Assembly: GCF_001194135.2 (NCBI RefSeq)
Contig: NC_068997.1
Coordinates: forward strand, 40,472,457 to 40,536,456
Direction: 5' to 3'
Length of the DNA stretch: 64,000 bases
DNA from: Octopus bimaculoides
Lineage: Eukaryota
The position numbers and the translations under genes were made by a program. Positions 1-12,049 of the stretch are shown piece after piece; position 1 is the stretch's first letter; each line of letters starts with the position of its first letter. Under the pieces are notes generated by a model. The model worked only from the letters and a program-made list of their open reading frames with translations. It did no database searches and was not told the origin of the DNA.

Positions 1-57
<57 letters not shown>

Positions 58-389
58 ATAAACACATAGATTCAACGAAAATATTTTCGAGTTCCCCATA
101 AAATGATCGATAAATTAGGTCTGTGCGAAACATTAAAAACCTATTTATAACAATACCAGGTTATATATAATAAAAACATTGTTTATTTTTGTTTCTTTGG
201 CTGCTGCCGAACATTCGACAACTGAAATATTTTTATACGTATATAGAAAAGTATGCAAAATTCTTTCAATTTGTCTTAACCTTTAATTTTATGACGTTTC
301 GTCGCATTATGTGTGTGTGAGTGTGTGTGTGTGTTTAATGAATATATGCATATATTATATCATATATGTGCATAAGCATGCTTGCATGC

Positions 390-445
<56 letters not shown>

Positions 446-2000
446 GCAGACATTCAACTAATCTGAACTTGAACTTAATTCTATGGTAAATTACTGACGC
501 GACTACAGTGTTCCTATTGAATACAATGATATACTACAGAATAAACTCTATATTTTTATCGATCTTTGCACGTGTAAATTAATTAATATTAAATAAAAAT
601 ACCGGAGAGTCGTAAACAGTTACCTTTGTTTGTACGATCCCCCCGTTGACAGAAAAAAATGTCTGCAGCTGCATTGTGTTCATAGCCACTATTATTAAAG
701 GTTTAAGTACATTTGATAAACCAATTTGCATAAATGGTGATTCTTGACAGATTAAATAAATTTCTGACCCGTCAATCGTGTTCGTTTTTTCATGCTGTGA
801 CACACTACACAATAAATGTATAGATTTAAACCGGTGCTGCGTTTGTAAATTAATTAAAGTATTTAAATACACTGGACAGTCATAATCAACTGCTTTCGTT
901 TTAGCGCCATTTCACAATGAAGAAGAAAAAAGGGATCAGCTTTATTAATTTAACCTCCGTTAAGATTTCTTTGGCAACTCTTTACCTTTCCTCAACTGTG
1001 CTCAATTGACAATATTGTGTTTATAACCACTATTATTAAAGGCCTTACTAAGTAATAAGTTGAATAGACTAACTGGCATAAAACGCTTAACTGGTTATTA
1101 GGTTTTCTAATATCTTCCTTTTGCCTGCTGATAAAGGCTTCTAAATGTGTATATATATTTATTTGCATATCGTTTTGCCAGACACATAGTACAATGCGCA
1201 GAGAAGTATTCAAATATGTATTTACGAATTACTAGTACGTTAGCAGGTTCTTTTTGATTGTTCCTTACTTTGTTTTAGTTTTTTTGTTTTTTTTAAGGCT
1301 ATACTATCAATAATTTTTCGTCAGCACTGTACGTAATCTATAAATTTAAACACGGTTTTATATAAAATATTTTCGTGGAAACAAAAAGAAGACTAGTTTC
1401 GAATCTCTGTTGTGATTTCAAAACCGATCATGTATCTATTTTAAAATCTTTCAAATCACACCCCACTGTTACTAAGAGCTGAACATACACCGATTTGCAT
1501 ATATAACGCATTCTTAGAAGCTAACTAGTATAAAACATTATAAATTTGTTAACTGAACNNNNNNNNNNNNNNNNNNNNNNNNNNNNNNNNNNNNNNNNNN
1601 NNNNNNNNNNNNNNNNNNNNNNNNNNNNNNNNNNNNNNNNNNNNNNNNNNNNNNNNNNNNNNNNNNNNNNNNNNNNNNNNNNNNNNNNNNNNNNNNNNNN
1701 NNNNNNNNNNNNNNNNNNNNNNNNNNNNNNNNNNNNNNNNNNNNNNNNNNNNNNNNNNNNNNNNNNNNNNNNNNNNNNNNNNNNNNNNNNNNNNNNNNNN
1801 NNNNNNNNNNNNNNNNNNNNNNNNNNNNNNNNNNNNNNNNNNNNNNNNNNNNNNNNNNNNNNNNNNNNNNNNNNNNNNNNNNNNNNNNNNNNNNNNNNNN
1901 NNNNNNNNNNNNNNNNNNNNNNNNNNNNNNNNNNNNNNNNNNNNNNNNNNNNNNNNNNNNNNNNNNNNNNNNNNNNNNNNNNNNNNNNNNNNNNNNNNNC

Positions 2001-2830
2001 AAGGCTCCATCTTTGGGATGTAGTTAACACAGACAAATTTACATTTGGAACTTTAAAAAGACTTGCATATTTTTATTGTTCCACTCACAGATTTCACTTG
2101 AAATGTACGAATTAACTGATCGATTTCCCTTTTTGGAAATCGCAGTTTATCCAGATTCTCCTTTAAACATTTACGAACAAAACCTCGCGCCCCAATTATT
2201 ATTGATATGAATATGAATTCATAGTATGGATATAGAAGCTGGGGGATTCGAAGCAGTTGTCCATAAATAACCTCTTTTTCTTTGATTTCCGAAGAGATAT
2301 TTACATTTGCAGGGCACCTGACCTCTATCATGGTACAAACATTTGCCCCCTCTGTCCCAAACAACAATATCCGGCCTGTTATATTTACATTTGACAGAAA
2401 TTTTGATGGGAACATTCCACCAGTATTCCTTGAGTTGGTGTTTATTACATAACAGAGGGATTTTCTAGGTCTATTTCAGGACAGTCCTTTTTGTGCATGG
2501 CATTGTAAATTGCTTTAGCAACAAAATCGTGCCACATAGGGAAGTAGTACCGTGACGACATTTTAGGACAGATGCTAATCACATGCGTGATGTCTTCCAC
2601 AGAAACATGACATAGCCTACACATGAGATTGCACCTTGGGATTACAAGAGCGTCACTGTCTCTCTTGTTCACCGGGTATTCTGTGACAGTCTCCTGTTTC
2701 TGGATTGCAAATGCATAACCCTCAAAATGTGATGTGCTTTGTCCAAGAAAGGCTGCGCTTTGTGTCACTTCTACTGTCTTCTTCAAGCTTCCGGACAACA
2801 TACCCATGCATGGTCATTTTTTTAATGTAC
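2001..2830 (-). mobile_element. RLE-type non-LTR retrotransposon (R2 superfamily, R4/Dong-like), 5'-truncated 3' part, decayed
   Basis: ORF 2445-2807 has a CCHC knuckle (CRLCHVSVEDITHVISICP...HDFVAKAIY). ORF 2053-2415 has a restriction-like endonuclease C-terminus (IEVRCPANVNI..EKEVIYGQL..IIIGARG..GTIKICKSF). The 3' UTR is shared with the copy at 25790. Confidence 0.85.
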
Positions 2831-3040
2831 GCATGTTTGTATATGTGTGTGTGTGTGAGTTTGTAAAAATTTTTTATCGGTGCCCAGCATATAAAAAAAG
2901 ACCAATTAAGGTAAAAGTGTATACATAATTATAATAAGGGCAAAGAAAGAAATCTTCCTAGCCTATATACTGAGAAATAGACGCTAAATCGCACTGAATT
3001 CGAAGCAACAAGCCAACGGAATTTATTAATAATATAGATA

Positions 3041-3097
3041 GCCCTATATTAGCTAATTTCTGGATTTGCCCAATGGCTTTTCCTTCTTCAACAGGAC
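3041..3097 (-). ncRNA. Decayed minimal type-I hammerhead ribozyme
   Basis: Minus strand reads GTCCTG-tTGAAGA-aGGAaaaGCCattgGGCaaaTCCa-GAAA-TTAGCTAA-TA-TAGGGC. Core C3 is mutated to T, stem III is palindromic (ATTAGCTAAT), and stem I pairs with two G-U wobbles. Confidence 0.55.
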
Positions 3098-3529
3098 ACA
3101 CACAGGAAATAAATGAGATATTTATACCCACAAGAAAGCAAAACCCAAAGCCATAAATACATATAAATACTCCAGATAGCTCCGAACAAATTTCGTAGCT
3201 TGTCTCAACAACGTGTGTATTCGGTCGCCATGGCAGTTAGATAGCTATACTGTCCCGAAATGAACAGAAATTTTTCAATTACAGTAAAAAAGGATAACAT
3301 TCTCGAGTGGTAAGACGATTTAATGTTTACTTCTCAGCATATAGGCTACGAAGATTTCATTCTAAGCCGCTATTATAATCATATGTGTGGGGGGGGGGTN
3401 NNNNNNNNNAGGGATCGTACTTGATCCAACGATCATACTCTATAAAAGTCAGTCCGGATACTGCACTTTTCGAGAATGAAACTTGATGTAGCTCACGTAA
3501 AGCTTGCGTGAGTGTGTTTGTGTGCATGC

Positions 3530-3560
<31 letters not shown>

Positions 3561-3619
3561 TGTGTAGTCGAGTGAAATGATAATAGCGAGATATGTAGAT
3601 AGATAAAGAGATAAATAGA

Positions 3620-3664
<45 letters not shown>

Positions 3665-4884
3665 CATAGATACATACATATATACATACATACATACATG
3701 CATACATACATATATTCATACACACTTAGATACATATGCATATGCATATATACAAACGCATGTAGTATATGTACTCGATGCGATCGCTACACGCACATAA
3801 AAATACACACGCATTTGTATGCATATGCATAGATAGGTAGATAAAGATAGAGAGAGAGAGAGAGAGAAACAGTGTGAGGGAGAGGTGAGGAAAGAGAGAC
3901 AGACAGACAGAAAGAGATACATACATATTTACATTATACACACACGTTTTTTTTTAAGAATCTATTAACGATTTTAACTTTTGTAAAAGCTGGACTAAAT
4001 TTCAGAAGTTGGATAGTAAGGGGTGACGGTAAACGTACATGTGCTGTATATCTACAGAGAACGTGACATTAGAAGGGAGATTGAGAGAGACAAAGAGAGA
4101 CAGACACAGAAAAGGATAGAGGGGGTGTGGGATGAGAAAACGAGCGAGACAAAGATATGAAAAAGAGACAGCGAGAGACAGATAAAGACAGGAACAGATA
4201 GGGAGAGAAGGCGACAAGAGAACGGAAAGCGAGCTGATGTAAATAAACAAATCTACACACAACTGTATTAATTTACTTTACTTATATTTTGCATGATGAT
4301 ATAAATTAGAGATGTGTTGATGTAAATGACATAGCAAGCAAGCAACAAGAGAAAGATAAACTGAAGGAGAGGAGGAGAGAAGAGGAGGAAAAGTGGTGAG
4401 AAAGAAATCTAGGTAGAGAGAATGAAACAGTTTATCTAAACAGATGGCATTAACACCAAATAAATAAATAATATAAGCGACATTTTTTTTTCCTAAAAAA
4501 GCAGATGTTTCAGCTTTTAAATCAGGGATTCAGTCAAATAAACAAAATACATAACGTTGGTTGGCATTGAAAAAAAAAAAAAAAGACCAAGAAAAAACAC
4601 GGGAGGGGGAGATAATCGATATTGGATGAATGTGAGATGTCAATGTGAGAGAGGAAGGAGGGGGGAGTAATGAAAGTGTAAGTAGTCACGTGCTTAACAT
4701 ACAGTGTTGCTGTTTGTGGTAAGAGTCAGCGGAGGGCAGTGAAATGGAAACAGCGTGTATGTATGAGACGGAGTCACGGAATATGCACATGTAAGGATGT
4801 ATGTGTGTGTGTGTGTGTGTATGTATGCATGTATGTATGTGTGTATGTATGTACGTGTGTATATGTATGTGTGTATGTATGTAT

Positions 4885-4930
<46 letters not shown>

Positions 4931-5027
4931 CAATGACTTTCGTGTTAGTGTGTGAACGCTTCAAAGACTGGGTGATAGATAAATGTTGTTGATGTTTACT
5001 CCCATGGGTGCTGTGAAGGAGCAAGCC

Positions 5028-5195
5028 TATGATCAAAGGCATTCCAACCGTGACCTTTCTGACTTCATTGCAGCCAATATACCTAACACTACGTTACCCA
5101 AAGTATCCCTTCTTCGTTGTTTGTTTTAAGACTATAGTTGTATGATCCGAGAGGATTTGGTTGCTATTTCTAGCAAGTCGAGCGAGTCCCTAGAG
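5028..5195 (+). repeat. Unclassified interspersed repeat (family D)
   Basis: Motifs TGATCAAAGGCATTCCAACCGTGAC and GATTTGG(C/T)TGCTATTTCT recur at ~5400-5480, ~5810-5845, ~33825-33850 (-), ~37865-37910 (-) and ~43670-43810. Confidence 0.6.
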
Positions 5196-5929
5196 AAGTA
5201 GGTGAGACTATGTGACTCTATGAGGATTATGCATGAATAAATAGTTGGTGAGACGAAACGTTTGCCACTGAAGGGTAATGGTTCGTGGGTGGAGATACGC
5301 AATCGTTTTTAGCTCCCCGCCAGACCGTCGTTCAAATCACCACTCCATTTATGTCTTTTTTTTTTGTCAGATTTAATATACGAGATATGTTCTCTTTTAA
5401 GGTTGTGATTTGAGGGAAATTTGGCTGCTATTTCTTGCAGACGTTCAATCTGCATAGAGACCTCTTTGTTCGCGTCTTCAAGAATATGTACATATGATTA
5501 ACGGGTGTGACATGAGTTATGTTTGGTGAGTGAGTAACGGTGAGTGATTGAAAGACATCTTGTGGGTAAGTCATGATAAGCGGTATTTTGTGCGTGATTG
5601 TCAGTGAGTGAATAAATGTTACAATCATCGTTATTTGATCCCAAACCAGACACGACGAGATTCTTTCGGCCTCTGAACATCTCACCTTATATTATCATAT
5701 AAGGCGACCGTCTCCAGATCTGTCCTTTATTAGGCTATTGTTAATTAACCTCGGATTTAGTGTATCTAGGATCAGATCGAACGATGAATCGTTTGTGCAA
5801 AATGACAGAGTGTAATTTGAGGAAGATTTAGTTGCTATTCCGGCGAAATACTGGTTCAGGCATCCCATACAAACCTTCATAACTTCTTTCATTTTTCGAA
5901 ATTTGTTCTACATACAAGATTTCATATTA

Positions 5930-6133
5930 TTTTACTTGTTTCAGTCATTTTACTGCGGCCATGCTGGAGCACCACCTTTAGTCGAACAAATCGACCCCAG
6001 GACTTATTCCTTGTAAGCCTAGTACTTATTCTATAGGTCTTTTTGCCGAACCACTAAGTTACTAGGACGTAAACACACCAACATCGGTTGTCAAGCGATG
6101 GTGGGGGAACAAACACAGACACACACAAATATA

Positions 6134-6171
<38 letters not shown>
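5930..6171 (-). mobile_element. SINE family A, 3' half (5' half lost in gap)
   Basis: Reverse complement matches the 3' half of the full copies at 42668 and 59838 (...GGTGCTCCAGCATGGCCGCAGT..TGACTGAAACAAGTAAAA). Confidence 0.9.
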
Positions 6172-6643
6172 NNNNNNNNNNNNNNNNNNNNNNNNNNNNN
6201 NNNNNNNNNNNNNNNNNNNNNNNNNNNNNNNNNNNNNNNNNNNNNNNNNNNNNNNNNNNNNNNNNNNNNNNNNNNNNNNNNNNNNNNNNNNNNNNNNNNN
6301 NNNNNNNNNNNNNNNNNNNNNNNNNNNNNNNNNNNNNNNNNNNNNNNNNNNNNNNNNNNNNNNNNNNNNNNNNNNNNNNNNNNNNNNNNNNNNNNNNNNN
6401 NNNNNNNNNNNNNNNNNNNNNNNNNNNNNNNNNNNNNNNNNNNNNNNNNNNNNNNNNNNNNNNNNNNNNNNNNNNNNNNNNNNNNNNNNNNNNNNNNNNN
6501 NNNNNNNNNNNNNNNNNNNNNNNNNNNNNNNNNNNNNNNNNNNNNNNNNNNNNNNNNNNNNNNNNNNNNNNNNNNNNNNNNNNNNNNNNNNNNNNNNNNN
6601 NNNNNNNNNNNNNNNNNNNNNNNNNNNNNNNNNNNNNNNNNNN

Positions 6644-6765
6644 CTCTGCCTCTCATCCATTCGGGGTTGATGCGTTAAGTACCAGTTGCGTACTGGTGTC
6701 GATCTAATCGACTGGCCCCTCTCCCCAAAACATTTCGGGCCTTGTACCTTAAGTAGAAAAGAATG
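6644..6765 (+). mobile_element. SINE family B, 3' half
   Basis: GCCTCTCATCCATTCGGGGTTGAT..AAGTACCAGT..CTGGTGTCGATCTAATCGACT..GGGCCTTGTACC matches the B copies at 50210 and 56345. Confidence 0.8.
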
Positions 6766-7181
6766 TTTTTCTTCCCCAAAACACAATTAATGAAACGATG
6801 ATGCACGCAAGGGTGGCCCGCTGATGGGATTTAAGAAAAAAATTCAGACTGTCCTTATTCTAAGCTCTGATTTTAAAGAAAAATTCGGAAAAGACTGGAA
6901 ATTTTAAGATGACGGGAAGGGTTTTGAAAAAAATGTTTTTTTTTATTTTTACGTAAGCGTATGAATTCCCATGTGTAGGACACAAATTCGCAAAACTTTT
7001 CTGAAAATTCCAAAACATAAAAAAAGTTATGAAGTGTTGTATGGGATGCTTAGACCAGACAGAATTCCACCACTATTTCTTGCTGGTTCAGCAACAACGT
7101 AGAGGTTTCTCCGTATTGTGCAAAGCATCTTCTCTAGTTTCAAAAATGGCTGGGAATTTTGTTGCAATTGCTTGTAAAATT

Positions 7182-7345
7182 AGGTGCAGAGGTAGCTGTA
7201 TGATGAATAGCTTGCTTCCCAACCACAAGTCTCCGGGTTCAGTTGCAGCGTGTGGCACCTTGGGCAGTTGTCTTCTACTATGGCCTCGGGCAAACTAAAG
7301 TCTTGTGAGTGGATTTAGTAGACGGAAACTGAAAGAAGCCCATCG

Positions 7346-7407
<62 letters not shown>

Positions 7408-7552
7408 TGTATGTATGTATGCGTGTATGTTGGTGTGTTTAGGTCCTCGTAACTAGCGGTTCAGTAAACGAGACCAATAGAATAAGTCCCAAGCTTGCTC
7501 CAACATGACCGCAGTCTAATTAGTGAAACAGATAAAAGATAAAAGACAAAAG
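7182..7552 (+). mobile_element. SINE family A, diverged copy with internal microsatellite
   Basis: tRNA-like head (GGTAGCTGTATGATGAATAGC..CCGGGTTCAGTTGC), GGCACCTTGGGCA box, GAAAGAAGCCC followed by (TA)n(TATG)n, tail GAAACAGATAAAAGATAAAAGA. Confidence 0.85.
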
Positions 7553-7554
7553 AT

Positions 7555-7776
7555 GTATGTGTGCGTCTGTGTTCGTCTCCCCAGGGTCTGACAACCGGCG
7601 TTGGTGTATTTATGTCCCTGTAACGTAGTGGTTCGGCAAAAATGAACGATAGGATAAGTATCAGGCTTAACAAAAAGAATAGGTACTAGGTTCGATTCAT
7701 TCAACTAAAAGTTCTTCGAGGCGGTGCCCCAGCATGGCCGCAGCCTAATGGATGAAGCAAGTAAAGGATAAAAGGA
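7555..7776 (+). mobile_element. SINE family A, second 3' half in tandem
   Basis: TGACAACCGGCGTTGGTGT..GGTTCGGCAAAA..GGCGGTGCCCCAGCATGGCCGCAG..GCAAGTAAAGGATAAAAGG. Confidence 0.8.
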
Positions 7777-8548
7777 ACCTACTGATGACGTAGAGACCCT
7801 CTCACCTCATTGGACGCGACAACCCTTGTGCTTATGGCGTCCAGCATAATGAATGTTGCGTGTCAAGGTATGTGTTGTTGAGTATGGATGTGTCTGAGGA
7901 AATGTTTGAGTGAGTGCTTGAGTTGTAATGACTAAGTGAGAGCGTTTTTTTGATAATGAATACACGAGAGTCTGGTGAAGAGACAGATGGAGAGATTGTC
8001 AAGAGGAGCAAAAAAAATGGAACAAGATGGAAGACGATAACGAAGAGAAAGACACGGAAAAATGAGGATAGAAGATGATGTTTGGAATGAGGATAGAGAG
8101 AGAGAGAGGAATGAGGGAGATTTAGAGAGGAAAACTTAGGGAAAGGAGAGGGAGAGATGGAGGGGAAAGATTGTACTATGAAAGAGGAAAAGATAGAGAA
8201 AAAGTAGTGTGAGAACCTGAACGAGGAAATGGTATGTGTGTGTGTGATAAACAAAAAGACGTTGTGTGGAAAAACATGAAGGTATGATGTGAGAATGGTG
8301 AAAATATGAGAGAGGTGAATATAGGAGGAAAGAGAGAAAAATAAGAGAGAAAAGAGAAGGGAAGCAAAGAAAACAAAGAGAGAGAGACAGAGAAGGAGAA
8401 TTTGAAGATTCATAGAGAAATATAAAAAGGGACGGAAATATAAAAAAGTATGAATGAGACATAAGGAATTAAGAAAGGGAATGGGGGAAAAGTAAAAGAA
8501 AAAGAATGAGGGGCGGACATCAACTGATAAACAAGGAGGATGTATGTG

Positions 8549-8607
<59 letters not shown>

Positions 8608-9189
8608 TAATGGATAGATGTGTCTATACATGTCAAAACACATACTGTTACATCAAACATGTGTTTATAACAGGCATATACAAACACACGCACACATACA
8701 CACATGCACGCACATACACACACACATACACGCGCAAACACAAACATACACACGCAGTTTCTCGCCTTGCGTTCTCTCTCCAGTGTTTAAACACCCCATT
8801 ATCCAACAACATCCAGCTTCCGGTCACTCTGCTGTAGAGTTGGTCTTCGGAACTGAAAATTCTGTTTTCCTTCTTCTCCTTTTATTCTTGTCATTTCCAT
8901 CCTCTTATCACTGTAGACAATGTTCCGAAGAAAGACAATGTCCGAAAAGTCATAACAATTAACACATTCCATTTCTCTGAGCGACAAACAAGTAATTTTT
9001 ATCCTAAACTTATCACCTCCTTTTTTTTTTCTTTCGGTTTTGTTCTTTTTTTCTTCGCCGCACAAACATATTCACACTCACACATATGTACGCATGCATG
9101 TATGTATGTATGTATGTATGTATGTATGTATGTATGTATGTATGTATGTATGTATGAGCGTGTGTGTGTATGTATGTGTGAGTGTGTGT

Positions 9190-9335
9190 ATGTTGCAAGA
9201 CGGGAAAATAGCTTAGCTGCATTTTTTCTTGCTTTACGTTCTGAGTTCAAATTCCGCCGACGGGATGGACTCTGCTTTTCATTTTTTGGCCGTGGTGCCC
9301 CAGCATGGCCGCAGCTCTTATACTAAAACTAGTAA
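9190..9335 (+). mobile_element. Chimeric SINE: family-B body joined to family-A type tail
   Basis: TTTACGTTCTGAGTTCAAATTCCGCCG (B body) is followed by GTGGTGCCCCAGCATGGCCGCAG..CTAGTAAAGGAAA (A tail). Confidence 0.65.
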
Positions 9336-9354
9336 AGGAAATACATATATATGT

Positions 9355-9385
<31 letters not shown>

Positions 9386-9586
9386 TACACACATATATGT
9401 ACATAACAAAGTAAAAGAGTGGCTCATTAGCAATTTGAACCTAAATTCAAAATTGATAGAGGTCACAAAAAAGACAGAGGATACTGACTAGCACCACTAT
9501 TGCTAGGAAGAAGAGTTAAAACAACTCAAAACCCACAAAGCACTATCTTAATGACTGACAAAGGGAGGTAAGTCCCCAGCGTATAT

Positions 9587-9639
9587 AGTCGAATCGACGA
9601 TTTCGGATTTGATGTAGATCACCTTAATCCTCAGTGACT
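9587..9639 (-). ncRNA. Decayed minimal type-I hammerhead ribozyme
   Basis: Minus strand reads AGTCA-CTGA[tga missing]-GGATT aagg TGAT ctac ATCA AATCC-GAAA-TCGTCGA-TT-CGACT. Stems I, II and III pair, but the core lacks 3 nt. Confidence 0.5.
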
Positions 9640-9642
9640 CTT

Positions 9643-9811
9643 AACGCCTAGGGTTAAACTCACCTAGCTCTGTCAGTCTTATAAGAAAACCGTTACTAAT
9701 AAGCCACCCATTTAATTTTTTGCTAACAATTACCGTTTTGAAAATCAGCACTTGTTTTCAACAGTTTTGTTATAAGAATGACAGAGCAAGTTGCGTTTAA
9801 CCTTAGGCATT
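9643..9811. repeat. Foldback element, 52-bp imperfect inverted repeat
   Basis: Arm 9643-9694 versus reverse complement of 9760-9811: 44/52 identical by manual alignment. Confidence 0.8.
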
Positions 9812-10216
9812 TTGCTTATATATATATATATCAATATATTATAAATTAACTACCAACAAAAATAATTGGTAAGCTATATATATATAAATTTATATTTATA
9901 TAAGGGCATTACTATACAAGAATACCTCACGCTAAACTACAATAATAATAATAATAATAATAATAATAATTATTATTATTATTATTATTATTATCATTAT
10001 TATTATGGTAGTTTAGCGTGAGGCATTCTTGTATTGTAATGCCCTTATATAAATATATTNNNNNNNNNNNNNNNNNNNNNNNNNNNNNNNNNNNNNNNNN
10101 NNNNNNNNNNNNNNNNNNNNNNNNNNNNNNNNNNNNNNNNNNNNNNNNNNNNNNNNNNNNNNNNNNNNNNNNNNNNNNNNNNNNNNNNNNNNNNNNNNNN
10201 NNNNNNNNNNNATATA

Positions 10217-10444
10217 TTGGGTTGTCCGGAAAGTTCGTGCCGATTTATAGTAGCTTACCTTTCGACTTATTTGCCATGAATCCACCTCAATTCTGGGAAG
10301 AGGGTATTTTCAAGTTAAAGGCAAGATGGAGACGCATTGTGCAACAAAATGGTTCATATTTGGTTGATTAAAAACGTAATGGCAAGTATTTATTGACCTT
10401 TTTCTTTCCTTTAAAAATCGGCACGAACTTTCCGGACAACCCAA
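10217..10444 (+). mobile_element. mariner deletion derivative (MITE-like), 228 bp
   Basis: Perfect 30-bp TIRs (TTGGGTTGTCCGGAAAGTTCGTGCCGATTT), TA on both flanks, internal mariner C-terminus LFAMNPPQFWEEGIFKLKARWRRIVQQNGSYLVD*. Confidence 0.95.
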
Positions 10445-10665
10445 TATATGTGTGTGCAGGTGATAGACAGATAGTCACGGGTAATAGATACGTGCTACAT
10501 AGAACACTTTCTAACTCACCTTTAAAAAAGAGTAAAGTACTTTGCAATGCAAGTTATCAATAAGTAATTATGAACTGATTGGAGTTATGACAACAATGTC
10601 TATGTGGAGGAACTAGAAAGGAATATGGAAATTACGAATATGTAACATAAACTTGCGAGTGTGTA

Positions 10666-10708
<43 letters not shown>

Positions 10709-10946
10709 GTGTGTGCATACGTTAATGGTGACAAGCAGAGGAAAGAGCAAACAATAGTGACAGATAAAGTATGAATATTCATTATATAAATGAAATTACG
10801 GTCAGGATCTCATGGCCCCCAAATGCACACACGCGCGCGCGCGCACACACACATACACATACGCACGCACGCACGCATGCACACATATGCAGTGCTAGTT
10901 ACAGTCTAGAAGCTACGCTCATATAACGAGTATAAGTACATATATG

Positions 10947-11834
10947 CAAGGTGCGATGGGTAAATTGTCGCCATTTTATAATTTTAGTTTTGTGCATGCA
11001 CGTTTTTGCTTTTGATTTTGTCGACTACACAGTATAGTAGGGTCACTTGGGCACCATCTGTGAGAAAAACAGCCTCATTACGCAATTCACTCTACCAGTA
11101 ATTTGGAAACGACATGCTGTACTGCTTGGCATTCGCGCCGGAAGCTCCATAACGAACAGATGGTAAACACACAGAACAACCGTTGGCGCACCGTATCTCC
11201 AAAACATGTACCGAGAGTGATAAAAATCAAACGCCCAGTCAACATCATGGTGTTTGGAGTTACCACTAGTGATGGCGACGTTATGACTCCTTTCATTTTT
11301 CCACACAGCCTCACACTCAACACGGAGGCCTACATCAAATGTCCGGAGGAGGTAGTGCTGCCCTGGATCAAGAGGATGGCTCCTAGAACACCCTATGTCA
11401 GCCAAAAGGACTCTGCACCACGCCACGCAAGCAGGAAAACGCAGTCATGTCTGTCAGACAATTTCTACAATCACATCACCTCTAACATCTGGCCACCTAA
11501 CTCCCCAGAACGCAACCTCCTTGATTATTATGTGTGGTGTGTAGTTGAGCGAGAAACCAATATGACTCCTTGTAATACCGAAGATGAAATGAAGGCAAGG
11601 AATATGGCAGCATTCACCAACTTAAACAAGGAGACCATCTAGAAAAGTTGCAGGAAATTTCGAAGTCGTCTGGAGGCCATGGTTGAAGCCAATGGCAATT
11701 TTATTGAATAAATTTACTCTTTAGTATTTCTAGATATTTTTATGTAATTTTATTAAACATATCTGTTAAAATGAGATGTCAGTGTTATTTTCATATTTGC
11801 GTAATTTAGACGACACTTTATTCACCTCCCCCTG
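10947..11834 (+). mobile_element. maT (DD37D) Tc1/mariner-superfamily transposon, internally deleted
   Basis: ORF 11103-11642 has QKDSAPRH...WPPNSPERNLLDYYVW with 37 residues between the 2nd and 3rd catalytic D. Imperfect ~28-bp TIRs (CAAGGTGCGATGGGTAAATTGTCG / CGACACTTTATTCACCTCCCCCTG). N-terminal DNA-binding region and first D are deleted. Confidence 0.9.
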
Positions 11835-12049
11835 TATATATAAAAAGAATAGATATTAATATAAAAGTATTTCATAATAGGTTTTTTTAGATTTTCCTTT
11901 ATTTCTAAATGACGTTAGAGCGTAATATTTGATCGCGAATCACGAGACATTCCAATAAATAATATGTGCAAAAGCTCGGGTACGGCCTTTGCCAGGGTCA
12001 CCTTGCACCATTCACAATATCATCAAAACTACCCGTTATTACTGAAAGG

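Larger units (their letters stand above)
5851..7058. mobile_element. Putative TIR DNA-transposon remnant interrupted by two SINEs and a gap
   Basis: Left arm TA-CTGGTTCAGGCATCCCATACAAACCTTCATAACTT (5851-5895) is the imperfect reverse complement of AAGTTATGAAGTGTTGTATGGGATGCTTAGACCAG (7024-7058). Confidence 0.45.

Noticed and set aside
7781-7850. CTGATGA on the plus strand as a hammerhead core
   Set aside because: The core is paired within its own hairpin (TCATTGG), there is no GAAA, and stems I and III cannot be built.
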